Source: Planctomycetota bacterium
GTDB taxonomy: Bacteria; Planctomycetota; B15-G4; JADJEK01
Length of the DNA: 64,000 nucleotides
Assembly (NCBI GenBank): GCA_044225365.1
Contig: JBGAIQ010000008.1
Span: 32,001 to 96,000 of the forward strand
Direction of reading: 5' to 3'
Each line of letters starts with the position of its first letter. Position 1 is the first letter of the stretch. Positions 46,744 through 55,865 of the stretch are shown piece by piece. The translations under genes were made by a program, and so were the position numbers. The notes under the pieces were generated by a model. It did no database searches, had not been told where the DNA came from, and saw only the letters and a list, made by a program, of their open reading frames with translations.

Positions 46744-47678
46744 TCGCGATGCTCTCCATCCTCCTCGCTCACGCCTGTCTCCACCTCGCTCTCGCGACGG
46801 ACGGTGCGTCGTCGATCCGACTCCCCGACGAGGCGACGACGCCAGGCAACCGCATCCGCCTGCGCGACCTACTCTCGGACAGCGAGGAGAAGAAGCTCGA
46901 CGTCGACCTCCTCAATCTCGACCTGGGCCGCGCGCCGTCGCCCGGCTTCGGCCGCTCGATCGATCGCCGCTTGATCGAATCGCTCGCACCGAATCTCAAG
47001 TTCGATGGCGCAACGGCGACGATCGTCCGCTCGGAGACCGTGACGATCGACTCCAAGGACATCGAGAAGGCCGCGCGCGAACTCCTCGACAAGAGCTCCC
47101 TCATTCACGAGGGAACGACGGTCGAACTCACCTTGCCCGCGCGTTCCGTCGAAGTCGCGAAGGGCCGCGACTCGCGCAAGCTCGTCCCGAAGCTCCGTGG
47201 CGCGCCCACCTGCCGTGGACCGGTATCGATCCAGATCGACATCGAAGTCGACGGTCAGCTCGTCCGCACGGCGCAGGTCGGATACATGCTCCGCACGAAA
47301 GACAAGATCGCCGTTCTGAAGTGCGATCTGCCGCGCGGACAAGAACTCACCGAGAATCACTTCGAACTGGTGATGCTCGACACCACGAATGTGGCGTCCG
47401 CTCAAGTCGATCCGACGCTCGTCATCGGCCAGATGGCGAAGCACGACCTGAAGGCTGGCGCTCCATTGCGCGTCGAGGACTTCGCGCCGGACGCGATCAT
47501 CCGTCGCGGCGACAACGTCCGCATCCTGTATCGCTGCGGCGGGCTCGAGCTCGAGAGTCGCGGCACCGCGAAGTCCGCGGGTGCGCTCGGCGAGTCGATC
47601 CGCGTCGAGAACGCCGATTCGAAGAAGACGATCACGGCCCGCGTCGCGGGTCCCGGGCTCGTCGTGATCCAAGGCTGA
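46740..47678 (+). CDS. flgA: Flagellar P-ring formation chaperone
   Basis: Signal peptide, SAF-like segment, IIRRGDNV..G.A..AG.LGESIRVEN.DSKK.I.ARV; position in the operon. Confidence 0.88.
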   Translation: MIAMLSILLAHACLHLALATDGASSIRLPDEATTPGNRIRLRDLLSDSEEKKLDVDLLNLDLGRAPSPGFGRSIDRRLIESLAPNLKFDGATATIVRSETVTIDSKDIEKAARELLDKSSLIHEGTTVELTLPARSVEVAKGRDSRKLVPKLRGAPTCRGPVSIQIDIEVDGQLVRTAQVGYMLRTKDKIAVLKCDLPRGQELTENHFELVMLDTTNVASAQVDPTLVIGQMAKHDLKAGAPLRVEDFAPDAIIRRGDNVRILYRCGGLELESRGTAKSAGALGESIRVENADSKKTITARVAGPGLVVIQG

Positions 47679-47744
47679 CCCGTCATGGATCTCCGCACCG
47701 TTCGCTCCAAGAACTCCCCCGCTGAAACCGGAAACGAGACCGTG

Positions 47745-48419
47745 ATGCAAGGCAGATCGCACACCATCCAGAACGCCAGGACGACCGCGCTCCTCGCCGG
47801 CGCCTTCCTCGTGCTCGCGTCCACCGCGCGCGCCGACTCCTTGTGGCAGCGCGGAAAGGCGAACCCCGTTTCGCTGGTCTCCGACAACCGCGCGCGACGA
47901 ATCGGTGACATCGTCACGATCGTGATCGACGAGAAGCAGAAGGTGAAGAACGGCGAGAACATGAAGACGCAGAAGACGTCGAGCGCCGACGGATCGCTCG
48001 TCTTCACTCCTGCGGAGAAGCTCGTCCACGAGGCGAATCAGCTCGAGGGGATCGACGACGCCGAGAATCCGCTCGACTCGCTCCTCCCGATCTCGCTGAC
48101 GTCGCAGCGCGACTTCGAGGGCAAGGCGGACTTCAACAAGGAAGGGTCGTTCACGACCCGCATCACCTCGGTCGTCATCGACGTCCAACCGAACGGCAAC
48201 CTCGTCGTCGAGGGCAAGCGCCGCGTCGTCATCGACGGCGAAGAGAAGTGGATGACGATCACCGGGCTCGTGCGCAGCTTCGACGTGAGCTCGGACAACA
48301 ACGTCGCCTCGGCGCTCGTCGCCAACGCGCAGGTCCAGTACAGCTCCGACGGTCCCCTCGCGAAGAACACTTCACGCGGCTGGCTCGATCGCTTCATCGA
48401 TTTCATCTGGCCGTTCTGA
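47745..48419 (+). CDS. flgH: Flagellar L-ring protein
   Basis: DSLW, DNRARRIGDIVTI.IDE, V.DVQPNGNLVVEG, G.VR..D....N.V.S, GWL.RF....WPF. Confidence 0.93.
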   Translation: MQGRSHTIQNARTTALLAGAFLVLASTARADSLWQRGKANPVSLVSDNRARRIGDIVTIVIDEKQKVKNGENMKTQKTSSADGSLVFTPAEKLVHEANQLEGIDDAENPLDSLLPISLTSQRDFEGKADFNKEGSFTTRITSVVIDVQPNGNLVVEGKRRVVIDGEEKWMTITGLVRSFDVSSDNNVASALVANAQVQYSSDGPLAKNTSRGWLDRFIDFIWPF

Positions 48420-48428
48420 GGGATCGCG

Positions 48429-49571
48429 ATGCTGCTCCTCCTCCCCATCCTCACCGCGTTCCTCGCGCAGGTCCCCGCCCCGCCCGCGGACGCGGCCCGC
48501 GCGCCTTCCGGTCTCGTTCGAGACGTCGTTCCCGGCCCCGGCCTGACCCGGATCGGCGACGTCACGCACATCAAGGGCATGCGGAACAACGACCTCTTCG
48601 GCACGGGCATCGTCGTCGGTCTCAACAACACCGGAGACTCGTCGAAGGTCACGCGCCGGGCGGTAGCGAACCTGCTCGCGAAGCAGAACATCCAGGTCTC
48701 GCCACAGGACGTCAAGGACGGGGCCGCGGCCCTCGTCATGGTGACGGCAAAGCTCCCGCCGTTCATGAAGGAAGGCGACACGATCGACATCACCGTCTCG
48801 ACGCTCGGCGACGCACAGAGTCTGTTCGGCGGCACACTGCTCCCCACTCAACTCGCAGGCGTCGATGGCAACGTCTGGGCGAACGCACAGGGTGCGGTCA
48901 CGGTCGGCGGGTTCTCGGCCTCTGGCAGTTCCGCGAGCGTCAACCAGAACCATCCGACCGTCGGCCTGATCCGCAACGGAGCCACGGTCGAAGAAGAGCT
49001 TCCGGCACACATCGTCGAGAACGGCACCTTCGAGCTTCGCCTCGCCGATCCCGATTTCGAGACCGCGCGCCGCATCGCCGACTCGATCAACGAACTCGCG
49101 AAGGACTCCGCTTCGACGGTGGATCCCGCCGCCGTCACGGTGAAGATCCCGTCGCAACTCAGCACCAAGGAACAGACGGGTTTCATCGCCGCCGTCAACG
49201 AACTGCTCGTTCGCCCGCACAGTCGAGCGCGCATCATCGTGAACGAGAAGAGCGGAACGATCGTCGCGGGAGAGAGCGTGCGCATCGGTCGCTGCGCGAT
49301 CGCCCACGGCAACCTGACCGTCACCATCTCCGAATCCCCTGCCGTCTCGCAACCCGGCCCGCTCTCCAATGGCACGACGACCACCGTGCCGCGAACCGAC
49401 CTCAAGACCGAGTCGGAGGCGAGCGGTCTCTCCGTGATGCCCGAGACCACGACGATCGGCGAACTCGCGTCCGCGCTCAACGCGCTCGGCGCAACTCCGC
49501 GCGATCTGATCTCGATCCTCCAGGCGATGTCGTCGGCCGGTGCCCTGCACGCCGAATTGGAGGTCCGATGA
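48429..49571 (+). CDS. flgI: Flagellar P-ring protein
   Basis: RIGDV..G.R.N.L.G.GIVVGL..TGD, AALVMVTA.LPPF, GDA.SL.GGTL, ARIIVNEKSGTIV, LNALGATPRDLISILQ. Confidence 0.96.
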   Translation: MLLLLPILTAFLAQVPAPPADAARAPSGLVRDVVPGPGLTRIGDVTHIKGMRNNDLFGTGIVVGLNNTGDSSKVTRRAVANLLAKQNIQVSPQDVKDGAAALVMVTAKLPPFMKEGDTIDITVSTLGDAQSLFGGTLLPTQLAGVDGNVWANAQGAVTVGGFSASGSSASVNQNHPTVGLIRNGATVEEELPAHIVENGTFELRLADPDFETARRIADSINELAKDSASTVDPAAVTVKIPSQLSTKEQTGFIAAVNELLVRPHSRARIIVNEKSGTIVAGESVRIGRCAIAHGNLTVTISESPAVSQPGPLSNGTTTTVPRTDLKTESEASGLSVMPETTTIGELASALNALGATPRDLISILQAMSSAGALHAELEVR

Positions 49572-50188
49572 ACGTCGACACGATCTCTCGCGCCGCATCG
49601 CCCGCGGACGGTCGGCCCGATGCCGGCACGGCCGTCTCGCAGTCGTCGCGACGTCCGCAAGCCGTCCCGGCGAGCGTGTTCGACTCGATCAACTCCGCGA
49701 AGCTCGACGGCGCGATGAACCGCGCGCACGGCGTGCCGACGTGGAAGAAGCCCCTCGACGAGAAGCTCGTCTCCGCGGCACGCTCCCTCGCGGATGCGAA
49801 GGTCGATATCGAAGGAAAGAAGGTCTCCGCCGCGACGAAGAAGCAGCACGAAGTGAAGGAGGCTGCGAACCGCCCCGACATCCAGAAGGTCGCGACGGAC
49901 TTCTCGAGCCTTCTCGTGCAGCAACTCGTTCGCGAGATGTTCGAGACCGTGAAGGAAGGCGAGGGACCGTTCGGCGAAGGACCTGGCAACGACATCTCGC
50001 GAGGCATCGCCGAGACCTCGTTCTCGCAATCACTCGCGGAGAGCGGCATGGCGTCGCTGAAGGACGCGATCGCACGCGCGATCGGCGAACACGCTCCTCC
50101 GGCCGCTGACACCCCGACTGCGCCCGCACCCTCCGACTTCGCCCCGCTCGTGACGCCGCAAATTTCCACGAAGGAGACCTCGCGATGA
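49568..50188 (+). CDS. flgJ: FlgJ-like rod-binding protein without a muramidase domain
   Basis: KVATDFSSLLVQQLVREMFETV....FG rod-binding pattern; ATGA overlaps with flgI and flgN. Confidence 0.72.
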   Translation: MNVDTISRAASPADGRPDAGTAVSQSSRRPQAVPASVFDSINSAKLDGAMNRAHGVPTWKKPLDEKLVSAARSLADAKVDIEGKKVSAATKKQHEVKEAANRPDIQKVATDFSSLLVQQLVREMFETVKEGEGPFGEGPGNDISRGIAETSFSQSLAESGMASLKDAIARAIGEHAPPAADTPTAPAPSDFAPLVTPQISTKETSR

Positions 50189-50673
50189 AACCGCTCACCC
50201 GTTGCTGCGACGAGCTGCGGCGCCGCCTCCTCGCGGCCATCGAGGTCGAGAGTTCCCTCGCCGGCAAGCTACGCGAGCACGAACACGCCTTGATGCATGG
50301 CGAAGTCGAGCGGATCCTCTCGCTCAACGCCGAACTCGACACCTATCTCGGCACGCTGCGCGAAGTCGCCGTCTCGCTCCAGGAGTCCGCGATCCAACTC
50401 GCCGAACTCCTGAACCTCCCGAGCCGGACGCCGCTGAAGGAATCCCTCGTGCGGCTTCCGCCTCACGAACGCGACGAACTCATCGCGCTGCGACAACGAC
50501 TCCTGCTCTCGCGGCGGGCGGCGCAGAACGCTTCCGACAAGAACGCGCAGATCGCTCGCGCCTCGCTCGACGCGATCCAAGGCATGCGCGAACTGCTGGG
50601 ACAGCCGCTGAGCGAAGCCGGCGCCGTTGCCGAACCCGCGGGGATCTCGGGCCGCCTGGACGCGGAAGCGTGA
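50185..50673 (+). CDS. flgN: Flagellar export chaperone FlgN
   Basis: All-helical, 162 aa, EHALMHGEVE pattern, immediately before flgK. Confidence 0.7.
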   Translation: MKPLTRCCDELRRRLLAAIEVESSLAGKLREHEHALMHGEVERILSLNAELDTYLGTLREVAVSLQESAIQLAELLNLPSRTPLKESLVRLPPHERDELIALRQRLLLSRRAAQNASDKNAQIARASLDAIQGMRELLGQPLSEAGAVAEPAGISGRLDAEA

Positions 50674-50683
50674 GGAGCTAGCG

Positions 50684-53005
50684 ATGGCCCTTGGAATGTC
50701 GATCGGCATCCGTGCTCTCCTCTCGGCCAAGACCGTGATGGAGATCATTGGACACAACCTCGCGAACCAGAACACGCCGGGATACTCGCGTCAGGTGGGC
50801 CTCTTGCTCACGACCGATCCCGTGAATGGACCGAAGAACATCCCGCTCGGTACCGGCGTCGTCGTCGACGACATCTATTCCGTGCGCAACGAGTCCCTCC
50901 TCTCGCGCATTCGCTCCGAGAGAGCAACCTCGGGGCGTGCCGAGACCGAATCGGGAATGCTCGAGCAGATGGAGTCGATCCTCGGCGACCTGACCGACAA
51001 CAGCATCGCGACGAAGATGCAGGCCCTCTTCGATTCGGCCGACGCGGCTGCCGCGAAGCCCGAGGACCAGGTGCTTCGTCAGAACCTGCTGTCGTCCGTC
51101 TCCGAACTCTCGCTCAACTTCCGCCTCCGGACCGCCGGAATCCAGGATCAACGAACGACGAGTCTCCTCGCCGCGCAGTCGCTCGTCACCGACGCCAACG
51201 CCAAGCTCCAGCGCGTTGCCGAGCTCAACACCAAGATCTCGAGTCAGGTGGCGATCGGAGTCACTCCGAACGACCTCCTCGATCAGCGCACGGTCCTGCT
51301 CGAAGGCCTCGCCGAATCGCTCGGCGCGAGTTCGCTCCCGCTGAAGGACGGAACGGTCGCGGTCTCCGTCAACGGCGTGACGCTCGTCTCCGGTTCCACG
51401 TCGGCGAACATCAAGAGCTCGATGGACGGTGCCGGCAAGATCCACCTGACGTCGGGCAAGGGCGGACTCGAGATCGACGCCTCGCACGGCAAGATCGGCG
51501 CCCTCGTTCAGATGACCGCGAGCTACATGCCGGATCGCATCGCCGATCTCGACAAGATGGCGCGCTCGCTCATCCTCAACATGAATCGCATCCACTCGCG
51601 CGGCGTCGCGTCGAGCGGTCCGTTCTCGCAGTTGAAATCGAACTACGAGGTGACGCTCGCGAACGGCCAGAATCCGCTGGCCGAGAAGCTCAAGGATCTC
51701 GGCCTTCCCTTCGACATGAAGAAGGGCACGCTCTCGATCGCGGTGACCGACAAGGCGACGGGCAACGTGACCCGCTCCGACGTCGCGGTCGATCCGTCGA
51801 CGATGACGCTCCAGGACTTCATCGACTCGATCGACGCCGTTCCCCACATGAGCGCGTTCGTCGATGGCGCCGGCAAGCTCACCCTGAAAGCGGGCTCCGG
51901 CTACGGCTTCGACTTCTCGCAGCGCCTCGATCCGATTCCGGTCGAAGGCGGCACCTTCGGCGCCAAGAACGCGGTCGTGGTCGGCGACGACTTCCCCGCT
52001 GCCCTCAGCAATGGCTCGACGATGCAGATCGCCGTCGACGGCGGCGCACCGCAAACCGTCACGTTCAACTCGGCGAACTTCGCGAACATCGCAGCGGCGA
52101 CGCCCGAAGAGGTCGCGGCGGAGATCAACTCGCAGGTACCCGGCGCGACGGCGAGCGTCGTCGACGGCAAACTCGTGGTGGCCTCGAACACCGAAGGTGC
52201 GAGTTCCTCGATCCAGATCACCGATGGCACGGGATCACCGGCCTCGGCGATGGGACTCGCGCTCGCGGGCACGGGAACGGATACCGGCGTGGCGGTCGAG
52301 ATCACCGGCTCGAGCGCGACGGCGGGCCCCGACACCTTCACCTTCAAGCCGACCGGCGACGGGCAGATCGGTGTCACTCCGAATCTCGGCCTCGAGGTCT
52401 ACAACTCGAAGGGCACGCTCATCACGACCCTGCCGATCGGCGACGGCTACGAGCCGGGCTCGCCGCTCGAGATCGTCCCGGGTGTGAACGTGAAGCTCGG
52501 CCCGGGCACGATCCAGGGCAGCTCCGGTCAGTTCTTCGAGCTCGAGGTTCCCGGCGACACCGACACCGCCGACGTCCTCCCCGCCTTCGGTCTCAACGCA
52601 CTGCTCGAGGGCAAGGACTCCTCGACGATCGAGCTCGCAACGCAACTGAAGGACAACCCGTCGCTCGTCGCGGGCGCTGCGTTCGGAGGCCCCGGCGACG
52701 GCGGCACGTTCCTCCAACTCGCGGGACTCGCGACGCAACCGCTCGACGAACTCGACGGCGCCTCGGTCCTTCACTCCTACAACTCGTTCGCCGCGGAGGT
52801 CGGGTCCACTTCGGCGGGCGCGAAGGAGTCGGTGAAGTCGAGCGCGCTCGTCCTGCTCACGCTCGAGAGTCAGCGCTCCAACGAGTCGGGAGTCAATCCG
52901 GACGAGGAACTCCTGAATCTGACCCGCTACCAGAATGCCTATCAGAGCGCGGGCAAGTACCTCTCGATCATGACCGAACTGAATCAGGTCCTGCTCCAAC
53001 TCTGA
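50684..53005 (+). CDS. flgK: Flagellar hook-associated protein 1 with a large central insertion
   Basis: GHNLANQNTPGYSRQ, GTGV, NDLLDQR, SGVNPDEELLNL..YQNAYQ. Confidence 0.94.
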   Translation: MALGMSIGIRALLSAKTVMEIIGHNLANQNTPGYSRQVGLLLTTDPVNGPKNIPLGTGVVVDDIYSVRNESLLSRIRSERATSGRAETESGMLEQMESILGDLTDNSIATKMQALFDSADAAAAKPEDQVLRQNLLSSVSELSLNFRLRTAGIQDQRTTSLLAAQSLVTDANAKLQRVAELNTKISSQVAIGVTPNDLLDQRTVLLEGLAESLGASSLPLKDGTVAVSVNGVTLVSGSTSANIKSSMDGAGKIHLTSGKGGLEIDASHGKIGALVQMTASYMPDRIADLDKMARSLILNMNRIHSRGVASSGPFSQLKSNYEVTLANGQNPLAEKLKDLGLPFDMKKGTLSIAVTDKATGNVTRSDVAVDPSTMTLQDFIDSIDAVPHMSAFVDGAGKLTLKAGSGYGFDFSQRLDPIPVEGGTFGAKNAVVVGDDFPAALSNGSTMQIAVDGGAPQTVTFNSANFANIAAATPEEVAAEINSQVPGATASVVDGKLVVASNTEGASSSIQITDGTGSPASAMGLALAGTGTDTGVAVEITGSSATAGPDTFTFKPTGDGQIGVTPNLGLEVYNSKGTLITTLPIGDGYEPGSPLEIVPGVNVKLGPGTIQGSSGQFFELEVPGDTDTADVLPAFGLNALLEGKDSSTIELATQLKDNPSLVAGAAFGGPGDGGTFLQLAGLATQPLDELDGASVLHSYNSFAAEVGSTSAGAKESVKSSALVLLTLESQRSNESGVNPDEELLNLTRYQNAYQSAGKYLSIMTELNQVLLQL

Positions 53006-53022
53006 CCCCGTAAGGACCGAAC

Positions 53023-54489
53023 ATGCCGTTTCGCATCACGCCGCAGTCGATCTACGCGCGATCGTTGTACGACATGACGAACAGCTTCGGCCGTCTCGCC
53101 GATGCCGAGGTCGCGATCTCCAGCACGAAGCGCATCCGAGTTTTCTCCGACGACGCGTCGGGTGCATCGCGCGCTCTCGATCTTCGAACCGTCATCCAGC
53201 GAACGATCCAATCGCGAAGTTCGATCGACGACGGACAGCGCGCCGCCGATACGCAGGCCGAAGTCCTCAACTCCGCCTCCGACCTGATCGCGCAGGCCCG
53301 AGCTCTCGGCGAGAGTGGTGCGTCCGACGGCAAGACCGACAGCGACCTGAAGTCCCTCGCAACCGAGGTCGACTCGATCCTCGATCAGCTCGTCGCGAGC
53401 GCGAACCAACGGGTCGAAGGCCGGTACCTGTTCGCAGGCAGCAAGACCGAGACCAAGCCTTTCAATGTCACCCGCTCGTTCGGCAAGGTGACCGCGGTCT
53501 CGTACGCGGGCGACGACATCGTCCGCCGCGTCCGACTCGGTCCCGGCGAGGAGAAGGAGATCGAGCTCTCCGGCTCCCAGGCCTTCCTCCACAATTCGCG
53601 CGAGACCACGGTCCTCGTCGGCGGCACCGGACTCGCCGGAACGCCGGTCGCGCAAGACACGATGATCGGGAACGCGACGATCCTGATCGCCCACACCTCG
53701 AGCGTGTTCGGCGACGGTCTGCTCGCCGGCGGTGACAGCGTCTCCGGGCTCAAGCTCGGGACGAGTACGGCCCTCGACACGATCGTCGGCGCGGCGGGCC
53801 AGCACAAGATCACGATCGCTTCCGACGGGAGCGGTGGACGAACGATCCGACTCGACGACGGCGACCCGGTCGCGTTCACCGGCACGGAGACGGATCTCGC
53901 GCTCACGAGCGAAGGCAGCGACACCGTGCATGTCGACCTCACTTCACTGTCGAGCACGTTCACGGGGAGCATCGATCTCACCGGCAACGGAACGATCCAG
54001 GTGAAGGGCGGCCCGAGTCAGGCGCTGACGTTCCAGAGCGATTTCGTGCTGCAGGACAAGAACGGCCGCGTGGTCCATCTCGACACCACGCACTTGGTGC
54101 ACGGCGGCGAGACCTTCGCCGTCTTCCCCGGAACGGAATCGATCTTCGATGCGATGATCGGACTCCGCGACGAACTCGAAGGCGCCACCGGGCTCGATCC
54201 CGATCAGCAGGTCGCGCGCATCCAGGCGCGACTCGCCGCCATCGACGGAGCGCACTCCGGCGTGCTCGCGGGACTCTCGACGCTCGGAGCGCGCAGCGCA
54301 TCGTTCCAGCGCGTCTCGGGATCGCTCGACTTCTTCGAACTGCAGCTCGAGGACAAGCGCGGGGAACTCGAGGACACCGACGTCTTCAAGGCATCGATCC
54401 AGCTCACCGAATCCCAGAGCGCCTACAGCGCCGCGCTCCAAGCGACCGCCAAGATCTCGGGCGGGCCGACGCTCCTGAACTACCTCTGA
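53023..54489 (+). CDS. flgL: Flagellar hook-associated protein 3
   Basis: FRIT, ISSTKRI...SDD, AN....GRYLFAG, LGAR, ELEDTD, AY.AALQ..TLLNYL. Confidence 0.93.
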   Translation: MPFRITPQSIYARSLYDMTNSFGRLADAEVAISSTKRIRVFSDDASGASRALDLRTVIQRTIQSRSSIDDGQRAADTQAEVLNSASDLIAQARALGESGASDGKTDSDLKSLATEVDSILDQLVASANQRVEGRYLFAGSKTETKPFNVTRSFGKVTAVSYAGDDIVRRVRLGPGEEKEIELSGSQAFLHNSRETTVLVGGTGLAGTPVAQDTMIGNATILIAHTSSVFGDGLLAGGDSVSGLKLGTSTALDTIVGAAGQHKITIASDGSGGRTIRLDDGDPVAFTGTETDLALTSEGSDTVHVDLTSLSSTFTGSIDLTGNGTIQVKGGPSQALTFQSDFVLQDKNGRVVHLDTTHLVHGGETFAVFPGTESIFDAMIGLRDELEGATGLDPDQQVARIQARLAAIDGAHSGVLAGLSTLGARSASFQRVSGSLDFFELQLEDKRGELEDTDVFKASIQLTESQSAYSAALQATAKISGGPTLLNYL

Positions 54490-54570
54490 TCGCGCTTCGC
54501 GCGGTCCGCTCGATGGCAACGCGGTAAGGAAACGGCCGCGCGAGCCCCGCCACGTCACGACCGATCGAAC

Positions 54571-54586
54571 CGGCATCGAACTTGCC
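54571..54586 (+). promoter_or_regulatory. sigma54-type -24/-12 promoter
   Basis: CGGCATCGAACTTGCC: GG-N10-GC with GGCA and TTGC, downstream of flgL and about 190 nt before ATG 54776. Confidence 0.55.
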
Positions 54587-54775
54587 TCATCCTCGTTCGA
54601 TGCGTTCGAGCCATCGCGATTCGGCAACCTCGCCCACTCCACCGCACGCCTGCGCGATCCTGCGCAGCGCGCGTCGGAGGATGTCGCGGCGCCGATTCAC
54701 GGCCGAAGCGCTGAATCGCTCCAGTTCGACCTTCCCCAATGCATCGATGTCCGAACGGACATCGAGGAGTCCCTC

Positions 54776-55747
54776 ATGAAGTCGTTCCTGCTCGCCACGC
54801 TCGGACTCGGTCTTTCCCTCGGTGTCGCCTCGGCGCGAGCGGGCGTCGTCTTCAGCTACCCGCCGAGTCCCTCCGGCGGGATCGTCAGCTCGTCCTGGGT
54901 CGACCCGGACGGAAGCGACTCCGACATGTATGCCTACGACGACTTCACGCTCGCCGCGACCGCCGCGATCACCGAGGTACGCTGGCGCGGCGGCTACGGC
55001 CTCAATGCGCCGTTCGGAAACGTGTTCGATTTCACGATCCACTTCTACGAGTCGATCGCCGGCGGTTCCCAACCGCACGTCACGAACCCCGAGTTGCCCG
55101 AGATCTACCTCGCGTACTACCACGTCGGGAACAACGCCGGCGAGACGCCGGCCGGCGTGTTCGGCGGCTCGATGATGTACGACTACCACTACTCGCTCCC
55201 GATGCCCTTCGTCGCGCAGGCGGGCGTGAAGTACTGGATCAAGATCGAGGCCTCGCAACCCGGCTATCCCGACTGGGGCACTTCGGTCGGCACCGGCGGC
55301 AACGGTTACCACTTCCGCTACAGCACCGGCCTCGCGATGTTCCAGAACGTCCCCTCCGACACCTGCTTCACCCTGATCTCGGCATGGCAGGACCTCGGTT
55401 CCGGCAAGCCTGGAGTGAACGGCGTGCCGAAGCTCATCGGCTCGGGCAGCCTCTCGTCGAACTTCACCGGGTCCTTGACGCTCACCAACGCGAAGTCGAA
55501 GGCGCAGGCGATCGGCGTCGTCGGTCTCTCCGCGATCAACGCTCCGTTCCTCGGCGGCCTGATCGTCCCCGCGCCGGACATCCTCTTCACCGTGACGACG
55601 ACGAACAGCGGAACCTTCGCGCTCCCGTACACCATGCCCGCAAACGTGCCGGCCGGCGTCGCCATTTACATGCAGTATTTCATCACGGACCCCGCTGCGA
55701 CGTTCGGCCGCTCGGCGAGCAACGCCGTCGTCGGCACCACGTATTGA
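54776..55747 (+). CDS. Secreted beta-sandwich protein with the shared C-terminal domain
   Basis: GAGGAG RBS, signal peptide ending ARA, AYDDFTL....ITEVRWRG..F.I.FY..G.KYWI.I. Confidence 0.85.
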   Translation: MKSFLLATLGLGLSLGVASARAGVVFSYPPSPSGGIVSSSWVDPDGSDSDMYAYDDFTLAATAAITEVRWRGGYGLNAPFGNVFDFTIHFYESIAGGSQPHVTNPELPEIYLAYYHVGNNAGETPAGVFGGSMMYDYHYSLPMPFVAQAGVKYWIKIEASQPGYPDWGTSVGTGGNGYHFRYSTGLAMFQNVPSDTCFTLISAWQDLGSGKPGVNGVPKLIGSGSLSSNFTGSLTLTNAKSKAQAIGVVGLSAINAPFLGGLIVPAPDILFTVTTTNSGTFALPYTMPANVPAGVAIYMQYFITDPAATFGRSASNAVVGTTY

Positions 55748-55776
55748 GCCCGCGTCGTCACCCGGACTCGGGATGC

Positions 55777-55819
55777 AACACTCGGGGGGAGCGACGGGAT
55801 GCCGCTCCCCCCGAGTGTT
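55777..55819. terminator. Perfect 17-bp inverted repeat between convergent genes
   Basis: AACACTCGGGGGGAGCG-N9-CGCTCCCCCCGAGTGTT. Confidence 0.75.
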
Positions 55820-55865
55820 CGTTATGGCGCCCCCGATCTGAGAAGCCGGGGGTGTGGAGATTCGG

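Noticed and set aside
54582-54779. 65-aa ORF between flgL and gene 54776
   Set aside because: It begins inside the putative promoter with TTG, has no RBS and has shadow-like composition.
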